Assembly (NCBI GenBank): GCA_002104905.1
Contig: MCFE01000319.1
Location: 32,039 to 96,038 of the forward strand
DNA length: 64,000 nt
Direction: 5' to 3'
DNA from: Basidiobolus meristosporus CBS 931.73
Lineage: Eukaryota > Fungi > Basidiobolomycota
Part shown: in pieces, positions 11,383 to 24,400 of the stretch
How the letters are laid out: every line of letters starts with the position of its first letter
Position numbering within the stretch: position 1 is the first letter of the stretch
Made by a program: the position numbers and the translations under genes
The notes under the pieces: generated by a model
The model's input: only the letters and a program-made list of their open reading frames with translations
The model's database searches: none
What the model was told of the DNA's origin: nothing

Positions 11383-12348
11383 ATGGCACGAAATAGCGAA
11401 AAACAACTGTCAGGACTGAATCGGTTTTTACGAGCACAAGAGGATGAGTGTCAGTAAACTGGATAATGTTCCCTGCGCTGTATTTAAATTACTAATCGGG
11501 ATCCAGTTTTAAAAGAGAAGATCCAGAAACGGCCACCACTGGTAGAACAGCGAATTGGTTATGTTATGCCCGCAAACGTCTGGTTTAACCCTTGAGTTTA
11601 GAAAACGTTGAATACGGCGGCTGAAGTTAGAAGTTGGATACCATCAATTAAGAAAGATATAAGCTATTGCTTGCATCATCTATCGGGGGTGCGAAATTAT
11701 GTAAGTCAGAGAAAGTAGGAAAAGTCCGATCACAAGGTTTATTCTTTTTTTAGTCAGAGAAAAAGATAGCAGAGTTTAGAGAACGACTACAGTTCCTCGA
11801 AAGAGAATATGAAAGGTAATATTTGGAAAATCAGCAACAAAGCGTAACTGTCCACTTACGATCACAGGTTTGTTAAGAAAGTCAGAGAGTTAGATCCTGA
11901 TGCAATAGGTACGCCTGGGGAGGCACACAAATATTATTCGAAACGGAAGGTATGATGTTGTACTATGCTTTGATGAGTATACCCTCTACTCATGCGTACC
12001 TGAAGTTGAAATCACAAGTAGAACCTGAGGCGGAACCAACCCAAACTAATGCGGTTGAGGGCCCTGTGATTCAGCTTAAAGTGTTGGAACAAGACGAAAA
12101 CAAATTGCTGACGCCAAGACCTGTCGTAAAACCCCTCAGCGAGGAGCAACAGAATCAACCCTTGGAGTTTAGGAAAAAACCCAGACTAAACGATGCTGAA
12201 ATTCGTACACAGTCCTCGGTAAGTTGATGTAATAGTCATGCCTGATGAAATAGGTGTTGAAGCTGAATGTTGATCCCACATTTAGAGTGGTGAAGGGGCT
12301 CTGCACCTAGTGTCTTCATATGGATCTGATACGGATGAGTCGGATTAA
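11383..12348 (+). CDS. ISY1-like splicing-family protein (divergent, ~6 exons)
   Basis: Spliced product MARNSEKQLSGLNRFLRAQEDE-FLKEKIQKRPPL-KTLNTAAEVRSWIPSIKKDISYCLHHLSGVRNY-SEKKIAEFRERLQFLEREYE-RFVKKVRELDPDAIG..., ending ALHLVSSYGSDTDESD*. The MARN.EK....L.RF start and RP....W...I.K.I...E..I.(D/E)....L..E....RELGG/DP pattern are ISY1-family hallmarks. All introns are GT-AG and in phase. Confidence 0.75.
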
Positions 12349-12940
12349 TCCCAGTCGAAAACTTTTTGACCAAGATTCGGGATCATACGTACTGACTGGA
12401 AATTTACCAGATTTAAGATTAAATGCTTAGGAAATCACATGATCCCAGTAACACTTGTAAGGAGGAAGGATGGAGCCATTTTAATAAACAATATGAGCAG
12501 ATGATTCATAAAGGTAATACGATCTGTGAATAAGGCATAGTTGATAGGTAGCATGACCAGGCGAGTAACGTGCAATGAATACAGGTACCAGTCGTATTGC
12601 TTACATCTCATCATGACCATTGGCGGGTATGGACCCTGGAGGTTTAGAAAGATCCGTGCTTGCACCAGTATGTTAATGCATCGTGTGGGCATAGTTTGTG
12701 GCGTTTCAATATATGTAGGACCTACGAGCTTCGACGGCTTTGCCCATTATGGGAAACCTCATACGTTTTCATTCCAATTGGGCAGTTACTCGATGGGCAT
12801 GGCATCTCCAACAGTCCACATGGGTAACGCTTGATGTCATAATGAAATCGATGTCAACACATGCGCTGTATGAACAACCAGCATCGACTCGGATACAAAC
12901 AATTGCGATAAACTTTATTTTAGTGTTGGCGGTGAGTGGT

Positions 12941-14303
12941 TCAGGGTGATAATGGCATATCATTGGAATCATCCAAGCGGTTGTGGAGTGCGTATATGTT
13001 GTGAAGTTTGGGAATGCTCCGTTGGTGGGGAGCCTCATAACGCTTGGTTATCCATTCCTTTTCGGCTCTAAAGTAGACCCATAGCCAACGTCTCATCACC
13101 TCCGCACCCTCCATGACAAATCCACTTGCAATGATCTCCTTCAGGTGCACATGGTCTGATAGCTTCAATGACCAACTAGTACGGAGGAAGAAATCCAATA
13201 GCATGGCCAAATAGTATATACTTGGTTCCTGGAACATCAGGATCGGTCGTAATAGTGGTGGATAAGACACTTTGCTTTGCGGAGAGGGCGTATTCCCCAA
13301 TCCCCAGTCCATAACAACATCCCAATAAAATGAGTAGATTGAATTGAACAGAACACACATGAGCCTAGATGCCATTAGATTAAGTATTTCGAATGGAAGG
13401 GAGAGAGATTCAAGCGACTATACCATAAGGAAAAAAGAACACTGTTTTCGTCCTCATCGTCGCGGTGCATCAATGCAGATAAAAGCACAACCGGGAAGGC
13501 TGAGGCGTATTTGACAGCGTTTGCCAGGTGTCTGGAGCCAGAGTCGTTGGAAGATATATATTCAGAAATACATTGGCGGAGTCTAAAAACAAATGGTAAT
13601 CTACGTAACAGCAGGATTCAGTATGAATTGCTATGATAGAACAGAGCCTTTACTAATAGGCAAGGCCTTGGGTTACTTACACAGTTATCAACGGGGCCAT
13701 CACATCCAATTTAAAATGGTCGGAGGAGCTCCCGGAAGAAGACAACTCGGCGGAATCGGTGAGGGAAAGAAAAGTACAGAAAGCTATGTATATGCCCACG
13801 CCGACTTTGGCAAAGCTAGTGAATATGTCGGCTAGTATGACATCACCGAAAGGGACATCTGAGCGAAGTGGAGAAAATACAATGCGCTTAAATGCACTAA
13901 ACGGATAATATGTCAGCCTGGGTTGGAAGGAAGCTAAAAAAGACGTGAAATACCTTAGAAAATTCAACCGAGTTTTCCTATATAATATATTAAACGGAGA
14001 GAGAGTCAAGAACGTGACAGACAGGTAGCAAAAGCCCGTAATAACCGAGGCATTCTTCCCATTTTCCATAGCTCTCCAAAAAAGCCAGAGGCTAAAAAGG
14101 GTTATGGAGGTAAATACGAAAGCTATCCGGTAGATCACTTGGTGTGGCCGTTTTCGAGTCTCGTCCAAGTTGAACAATAATCGAACATCAATCCCAATAT
14201 TTTCAAGTATGTGAAGATTGAATCCCCAGCCCCACACCCCAAGGTCTACTAATAATAGAGCGCGATACTCTAGAGGAACTGCACTTGACAGTAAGTCCCA
14301 CAT
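12941..14303 (-). CDS. ERD1: EXS-domain membrane protein without SPX domain (ERD1-like), 4 exons
   Basis: Motifs FGDVILADIFTSFAKV, LPFVFRLRQCISEY..RHLANAVKY, NSIYSFYWDVVMDWGL, LDFFLRTSWSLKLS.H and EVMRRWLWVYFRAEKEW are diagnostic of the EXS family. No N-terminal SPX domain. Confidence 0.88.
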
Positions 14304-15371
14304 GTCCCAGAAGCGGCTTTAGATTTTACAATAGAATAATGACAAAAATATGGACAAAAATGTTCGAAATCAAAAACAAGAGCTCCTTGATTTTTAGACG
14401 AGCGGAGGAAGTCTGCCAAAAATGAATTAAAGATGCGTTAAGGGTTCCAAGGAGAAAGTCCAGACAAACAAGATGTCAATAGGTCTGTGGATATACAGGC
14501 GGATGGTTATACAAACCGGAATACAAATCAAAGATCTCAAGGGCCAAGAATAGTATTTGCAAAACTAGATCAAGTTGGGGAAGATCAGAATTAAACTTAT
14601 TTAATTGGCACCTCGTAGTGTCTCCAAGAATAATCCTCTCCTCGGCGTCAATAGATATGGCTACCAATATGGTGTTATTAATTACAGTTCATCATTAAGA
14701 TATATTTAGAAGAATCTTATCTCACAAAGGATCTGGCGGCTTAACTGAGATAGGTGCTGTCATTGTTTCTATAAATCTACTGATTGATTCTCATATAAAA
14801 TAGAGAGCAGCCATTGGTCAGGTGGCCAAGACATGGGAAAAGTGCTGGATTCAACAACGATTTCTATTGAGACTGGTAATTTAATGAATCTGTATCAACC
14901 AAAGGAGAAGAATAATAATGAAGTGTACGGCTCATTACTGGGCTCAACTTCGCGGGCGCCATAATTGAGCAATCAAATGATCAGAAGATGACGAAAATAG
15001 AATACATAGTAGAGAGAAGGACTCGGGAAATCAAAAAATGCGGCACCACGGTTTCTATACAGTAACAAAGCAATAATGCAAAATACCAAAAATTCCATAG
15101 ATGAATTATACATGCACATTTAGTAAATCGGCATCAAATGCTCACCGAGCAACCATGATATACCTGAGTTGAAGCTCACAAAAGCATAATATTAGTTACT
15201 CGATATGGAGGCCCCGTGGCATAAATTTATCATCGTCGTCTTCAAAAACAGAAACTTGTCCTAAATTTAGACAAGCGGAGAAAGCGTCAAATCTCTGGGC
15301 GAAGGTAGTGTTCAATAGTGTGCGTGGATAGTCCAATGGTGTTGTCTTTTTAGTTGCCCCCCCTGATGAAT

Positions 15372-17429
<2,058 letters not shown>

Positions 17430-18967
17430 TTCTAAAAAAGTGTGGAAATAAAGTTGAGAGAGCCGCCTCAGACGTCTTTTTGAAGCGATTATGTTTATGA
17501 GCCCCTAAGTCACTTAATGATGCAATGTTATAAGGGGTGGAGTCCAAAAGTATTTCAGGGGATCTTTTTGAGCAAGTTTCTACGATTGGGTTGTGAAGTG
17601 ACCTCACTATCTGTGCTTGGTAGTGATCGTTATTTTAAGAAGTAGTACAAATGCAAAGAAAAAGATCAAAGCCCCACGATGTGATGCTCTGCGGAATGGA
17701 GTTGAAACGTTATTGATCTTGGATTGCATTAGAGCATGGGGACTGCATTTTGAGGTCTGGACACAATATATACTTGATGCCAACCTTTTCAATTCGGCTG
17801 CATATTGGCAGGTATTGCTAGTAGGGGTGTCACGTAGTTGCACGCATCTTCAACGTTGGAACTATTCCATCTATTACCACGGTATCCGGTTTTGGGCTGA
17901 TTACATTAATATACGAGCCAGGCTATCTTCATGTTCATATTGCTCACTGTGCAAATGTAGCAAGGTATACAGGATTACTAATGATTCCGCGTGTTGGTAC
18001 ATACTGGTCCGCTTCGCTGTGTTTCGTGCAACCTCTCATTTCATTGTCAAGGTGCAGATAGCTGGCACATTGTTTATATGTGGGGCTTCAGGGGCTTAAG
18101 CGAGATATTAGCCAGAGCAGGTAGTAATGCATGTCGGATCTCACGAATCCTGATACTGTGGCTCTAGACTGTTCTTTTGACACTAGTAGTTGCTACGTTG
18201 TAAAGGCGAAGCACGCTTCATACGGTATGAATTGTTTGTTGACTGAATTCTAGTTCAGACAGCACATTGAGTGAGTGCGATCTATCTATATGTAAATCAA
18301 TCGAAGAGAATTCTGATTCAGTTTCACCAGCGACTACATTTCATTAGGTTCGGCGCAAAGTTGATTATGCGCTAATTACATATTGGGAAAGCATCACTTG
18401 AACCCTCGAGTCTTGTGTTTTGGCCAAGAATTGCTGCAAGATAATGACAGTTGTTTCCATTTCAAGCTAAAAAAGCAGTCCATTCGGTTCTGTCTAATAT
18501 TTTTCCGGATTTAGTTTGATTGGGAGTGAGATCGAATCCCCTTGTGTTAGGGAGATAAGGACCGAAAGCGGAGAAAACCGCAGGTTTCACCAGATAGCTG
18601 AGCAAAGAGAGCAGTGCTTTGCCATCCAGGCATTGTAGGCGCGGAGAATGGCATGAGCCTCCAACGGACTCGAAGTGAATCCACTGTTGATATATCCGCG
18701 TCATAATGGCTGGAATGGAATCCACTAGCGTTATGGCGGATCTACCTGAATGATGTCGGGAGGGGCGCTGTTTGTTTGTAGGGATAGTACGCTTTTGCCC
18801 CTCTAATTCATTGAATCATAATATTGATGAATGAATGCTTTGCTGACATCTGTCGATTATCCAATAAAAATCCGTGTACAAAATTTGGTTATTCGAGATA
18901 ATACAATGTTGCTCGAATTTGTGTTCAAGCAATTCTCGAATTCCACTCTGCTATCCAGCATACTAGT

Positions 18968-20295
18968 ATGGACTCGTTCTCTGCCTTCAGTCAAAAGCTC
19001 AATCCACTTGCTAAGAGGCTCACGCAAAGTTTTGGACAAGCAAGACAAGTACGAAACAACACTTGATAATCTTCTACTCGCCTTTTTTAAAACTTTTGTA
19101 CAGCTTGCCCAAGAGAAATTTGGCGGTGCAGGTGAAATTACGCCACTACCTCAAGAGTATACCGACCTGGAGAAGGTTTTTCGTTATTCGTATCTTTAGT
19201 ATGTATTTCTATCCTCTAACTCACCACTGCTTCCGCCCATCAATTCCTTAGAAAGTTGAAGCCATACGCAGCATTCACGTTAATCTATTAAAAGTTACAC
19301 GTGTGTTTATGTCCGAAAGCTATGACTATCCTTTGCACCTCCAAGATTCGCTTGCTGATGTTTCCCGCACACTTGTCAAAGAATTCAAACAGATTGCTTT
19401 GGGTGAGCCTGGACAAGATGAGCTTGAATCTGAAGAAGCCCCCAAAACACTAAGCCATGCATTATCCCGTGCCTCCTCTAAGGGCGCTGAAGAAGTAGGT
19501 CTTGAAGAGCCGCTTGGTAATGAATCTTCATGTGGACTATCGCTACACAATACTAACCGAAGATACCTTCAGGCGCTGCCTTAGGTAAATTCTCTGCCGC
19601 ACAAGAGAAGATCGGCGACGAAAGGATGACAATGGTATTGTTGGATTTCTATTAGTTTGTTTGCGAACAAATGTGAATCCGTTGATTTTGGCAGCTTACC
19701 CACATGCTTTGCAGGACAACGATATCATGAAAAAATTCATTCATCCTTTCGATAACACATTGAGTACAAGTATTCAAGCCGCTTTGGTAGGGTTACTTGT
19801 ATTCTTGCCATCCTTTGATTTGTATATTTATTCTGTCACGAAAAGAGAGATCAAAAGAAAGTGAACACCGCTCGACTAAACTTGGATGCCGCCAAGAACA
19901 ACTTGAGTAATGCCACACCAGACAAGGCGGAGGCGGTAATGATTACTAGTGACAATTCTTCCCGAGGCAATATCGAGAACTCATCTTTTAGATAAAGTTA
20001 GAGATTGAGCAGGCCGAGATAAAGCTTCTCTCTGCGATCGAGGAAGCGAAGATTTCCATGAGAGCCGTTGTGGAGAATGTACGTACTTCATCAACTTGTC
20101 AGAGAATATCTACCTCTAGCATTAACTCCATTTGTTTGCACTCTCAAGCCCGAACCACTTCGTAACTTGGCTGATCTCGTTATGGCACAGCTTGCTTATT
20201 ACAAGTTGGGCTTCGAGGTGCTTAGTGAAATTGCGCCTGAAATCGATGAGATGCAGGTGACACAGGAGGCCCTGTACAGAAAAAGTAGAGAATGA
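18968..20295 (+). CDS. GVP36: BAR-domain protein Gvp36 (multi-exon)
   Basis: MDSFSAFSQKLNPLAKRLTQSFGQARQ|LAQEKFG..TPLPQEYTDLEK|..SESYDYP....S.AD..RT..PKTLSHALSRAS..EPLG..ARLNLDAAK..EIEQAE..PEPLRNLADLVMAQLAYYK..EVLSEIAPEIDEMQVTQEALYRKSRE*, matching fungal Gvp36 signatures. Confidence 0.88.
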
Positions 20296-20531
20296 TCGGT
20301 TCACAAACGTGCTCCATTTATTGATAAAGCGTAGAACTGCGGCGAGTTGATCAATTAATCTGCAAAGAAATCTGAGCAAATTGCTGAACATGAAATAAAT
20401 TTTTATCTATGGCATGTGAATTAAATTCGCCAAGAAGCTCCATGTTGGAAAGAAGCGTAGCAAGTGCATGGCTTGTAAACGCGACAGCATCAGTACGGAA
20501 CTAAATGGCTGGCTGAAATACTGGTATCAAT

Positions 20532-21567
20532 CTATTCGCGCTTTTGTAAAATCTTGTCAATCAGTCCAAATGCCAGCGCTTCCTCAGCAGTCATGAAATT
20601 GTCACGTTCCATCGCTTTCTCTATATGATGGTTTGCGTTAGTGGATGAGCAGAAAATGGGAACAAGCAACGCCCTACCGATCACTTGAAGGTCTTGCCCA
20701 GTGTGCTTGTTATAGATCTTGTTAAGGCGTTCTCTCGTTCGAAGGATCTCTCGCGCATGAATTGCTATATCACTAGCTTGCCCTGATGCACCACCACTGG
20801 GCTGGTGAACCATTATGCTAGAATGGGGAAGCGCGAAACGCTTTCCGGGTGCACCTACACAAGCACTCATTTAGTCTGGATTGGCATACCGAGCAGAGAT
20901 AGCCACAAGTTACCCGCTGCCAACAGCAAGGATCCCATTGAACATGCCTGTCCATTACAAAGAGTTGAAACGGGAGACTTGATGTATTGCATGGTATCGT
21001 AAATGGCCAGTCCGGCGGTTACACTACCACCTGGACTGTTGATATACAAGCTGATGGGCTTTTCTGGGTTTTCAGCCTCCAGGAATAATAATTGGGCAAC
21101 AATCAAAGAAGCGGTTCCATCGTGTACCTACAGTGGCAGTTGATATTGAAGAAGAATTGTCAATTAATGGCTGGAGTAGGGAGTCGGTTTGCTTGACGTA
21201 CCTGGCCATTCAGACAAATGATGCGCTCTTTCAGGAGTCTCGAGAAAATATCGTAAGAGCGCTCGCCTCTGGCCTGATTTATGGTTATTTGCGCGCTTAT
21301 AGTGAAGGAAAAACTGAATGATTCTCACCGATTGTTCCACAACAATTGGTACCAAATCGGATGTAATGGGAGTACCGTTGTAGGTTGGTGTTTTCGTTTC
21401 CGGAGAAAAGCCGAATTGAGCGCCAGACCAACCATAGTAAGACCTCGTGAATTGCTACCAGAAATAAGTCAGTTCCTCAAGTAACAAATCAACAACAATA
21501 AGGAAGGTTATGTCTTTGTTACCTTCAAGGCGGAGGAGCGAGTATAAGTGGAGATGGAGCGTAGCAT
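20532..21567 (-). CDS. CLPP: Mitochondrial ATP-dependent Clp protease proteolytic subunit (multi-exon)
   Basis: Arg/Ser-rich presequence ([15 protein letters not shown]), [74 protein letters not shown] (catalytic Ser), IMVHQPSGG (His), [12 protein letters not shown] (Asp). Confidence 0.96.
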
Positions 21568-22989
21568 GTTCAATAGGGCTCAAGTGAGAGAGGTGGTGTG
21601 CTTTTATTGAAAGGTGGTTCTTGTGTTGGAGGGGATCATGAGTGATTCTGCAGCCTATGAATAACGTAACAACCCATGAGGTTCATGAGAATTTTAGATT
21701 CCGTTAATTTCCAAACCATCCCGATCCAAAATCAAATTTATCTTCAACAATATGTTGGCATTGTTGAAAGTCCGACCTGAGAAAATTTCACTGTTTGGTT
21801 GTATGATCATCACATACATACGTCTATTTCACACAGAGCAATGACGTTTTCATCGTGCGAAGCTGTGAGTGGCATGACGCTGAGAGAAGTGAGGGGCAGG
21901 AGCCATGTGCCATCTAGTGCCGTTGTAATGCCCAAGTGATCTGTTCGATATTCATCAATTTATGTGAGCACGGTGGATTTCCTTGCGTCCCACTGTATAC
22001 ATAACGTTCATTGATAACATGGCATAATTCTTGCCCTATTGAACATTAACCCGGTTAATAGGCAATGTTATGAGATAGATGACTATATTCTTTTCATCAG
22101 TGAACAGTGGGTCCTACCTAATACGAACAGCCCAAACATAACGGACACTGTTGATTTCCAATTCATAAATCGCGCCGTTTCTTTAATGAATCCAAAGATG
22201 CCAATTGCTAGCCATGACCGTAATATATACTCGTATACAGAATACACATGGTGCCTGCTTCAGTAGCCACCATACCCGATCTCTCTTCTGGGTGCTGTCA
22301 AAGGGCACCTCAAGCATGTAGGGCACGCAAAATACTCGCCACTCTAGTAGCAACAGGAAAAATATACAATCACACTAAACCACAGTGAAGCTTCCTGCTA
22401 GTTTGCAAGTGGCTAAACCTCTCCTTATTTACTCACCAAGATGATTCTGGTATTCCCGAATGATTGAGCTTGTATGCCACTCATGTCTTGTTTGCTATCC
22501 GTTTGATCGTCGCACTCACTCGGTGAACTACACATAGCATGGATTACGTAACTAGCCTCTCTTTGGGACAATAATTGCCTACTGATGGAGCGTGGCTACA
22601 CGAGGTATTCGCCCACAAATCCAATCCTTGTTTGGTGTGAAACACCAGTTAGTTAGGCAGTCTTGCCACTGGCCATTGTGGGAGACTATCACGCCATTAT
22701 CGATTCGTTCAGCTAAATTCCATAGGGAATCATGCTACAAACACACGTTTCTATTCTTCTTTATATTGCCCTACTGCCAGTGCTTACCATAAGAAACCAA
22801 GGGGGTTGTACTGTTAAACCTGGCTTGTTGACAAGAGACCTCTGCAACTGGTACTAGACAGTGCAGCACATGATCGATAGATCCGTAGTGTGAGTACTAG
22901 CATGCCACAAATTCATACTTGGCCATTTTTGCAAATTATTCGGTTAATTCGTCAGAAGGGCGGAAACACTAACACGATTGGTAATTTCC

Positions 22990-24400
22990 AAGACCACATT
23001 ACAGTGACCCTCCAATGAGGACCCCTACACTTAATTCTTTTGTCTCTATTAACATTACCGAATCCCCATCTTTTGACATTGTATTTCCTCCGTTTATGAG
23101 TGTTAGTGGTAACTTGAAACCTTTGGAAGTGGAGAGGAAATACTGGTTTAGTTTAGTCCTAACCGAAGAGTGTATTGTCCTATCAGAAAATTCAGTACTG
23201 GATTTTTTGCCGGTATTCATACCTTTTCAATACGGTCTCATGATGGTTTTCCACCCCCCCCATATACTGCCATAAACTTGTATTGCTCATAACTTCTCAG
23301 TAAGATAGTGGCTGGGTTTCATACTTTGCTATGGAATAGCACATAGACCTACATATTGTATGTAGCACTGTGTCTATAGAAGTTAATGAGATGTTTAGGT
23401 GCAAATACAAAATATACAACATAAACCATATTTTCTCAATGTCCAGAATACTGAATTTCTCTACGCTTTGCAAGCCTGGATCCTCTTTGTACATGTTCTC
23501 TATGGCATTGTCAAAGTATTACCTCATACTTTCCATTCAGTCAATCATTAAGTAAGAAAAATTTTATCTGCCAACCCTTCCAATCCCTTCCAGCCTCTTG
23601 AAAGCACTCACAGCATGCAATGAGCCCAAAGCTATAGCTTTCTGAAATGTCTGCTATGTTATGGATTTTATATTTACACCCAAATATCGCATCAGCTTAG
23701 TCATTTAGATAGTAGGTTATAGATGTTGTAATTATTTGATTACACCCAAACCACTCATTAAATGTAAGATTCTACTTGGCTTATTGCTAACTTATAAATT
23801 ATCGATATTAGCTAATTCTTAGATTTAGTGAACCCTATGAGAAATCTCAATGTTGGAGTTCATTGGACTTTTAGCTGGTATTCTGATGGTATATTGCTGG
23901 TATTCAGCTGGTGCTTCTGCTTCAGATTTTCAGGTGCACTTTTTGGTGGAAGCAATGTGCAGCTGATTACTAAATTTGGCATGAATGCTAGTTGGCCTTG
24001 TCTCCTCTGGGAAAGGATGTCTGCTTATCTGCTGTGAGGCTAGTATCTGAGATATTGAGAATTGTCACTTTTGGAAAAGTTGAAATCAGCTGATATTATG
24101 ATGGTATTTTGCTGGCCTTTTGTGAATATTTTTCTTAGCGGAGGGTCTAGAAGTTAAAATGTTTTCAAACTCGTCCAATAGCCCCCAAACTTTGCATACA
24201 GCTTCCTGTAGCTCTTCTTGAAGCATTCTCAGCTTTGGTCTTACAAATTTCCCTTAAATGTGGATATCATGCAATTCTTCTGGTTCTCCAAATCACCTCC
24301 AATACTCCCTAAAATCTTGCAACAAATACTTTGGTAGTGGGAGAACTCAAAGGCTTCAAGTCTTTTATCAGACTTTATTTTGTAAATAGGTCATGGTTGA
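22990..24400 (-). repeat. Decayed dispersed repeat with coding remnants, interrupted by a MITE
   Basis: CpG-poor and stop-riddled. The minus strand aligns by eye with 52860-53210 (+): tgttgcaagattttagggagtattggaggtgatttggagaacc vs tgttgtaagagtcttggagatactggaagtgattgggagcac; tatgcaaagtttgggg in both; tatctaaatgactaagct vs gatctaagtgactaagtt. Shared peptide CKVWG.LD.FEN. Confidence 0.6.
23833..24145 (+). mobile_element. ~313-bp MITE-like element (CCCT...AGGG termini), copy 1
   Basis: Begins CCCTATGAGAAATCTC and ends TTTTTCTTAGCGGAGGG, with repeated GCTGGTATT-like subterminal motifs. Homologous over its length to the reverse complement of 59474-59794. No target duplication is visible at this copy. 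Confidence 0.75.

Noticed and set aside
12435-13038. Short ORFs between the ISY1-like gene and ERD1
   Set aside because: No recognisable motifs; they overlap probable convergent 3' UTRs.
17617-18099. 160-aa plus-strand ORF upstream of DED1
   Set aside because: GTG start, Cys/Trp-scattered composition with no family signal, located in the DED1 promoter region.
18734-18760. Minus-strand DIIQVDPP, reminiscent of an MT-A70 DPPW motif
   Set aside because: Followed immediately by stops and lacks any downstream family motif; probably chance.
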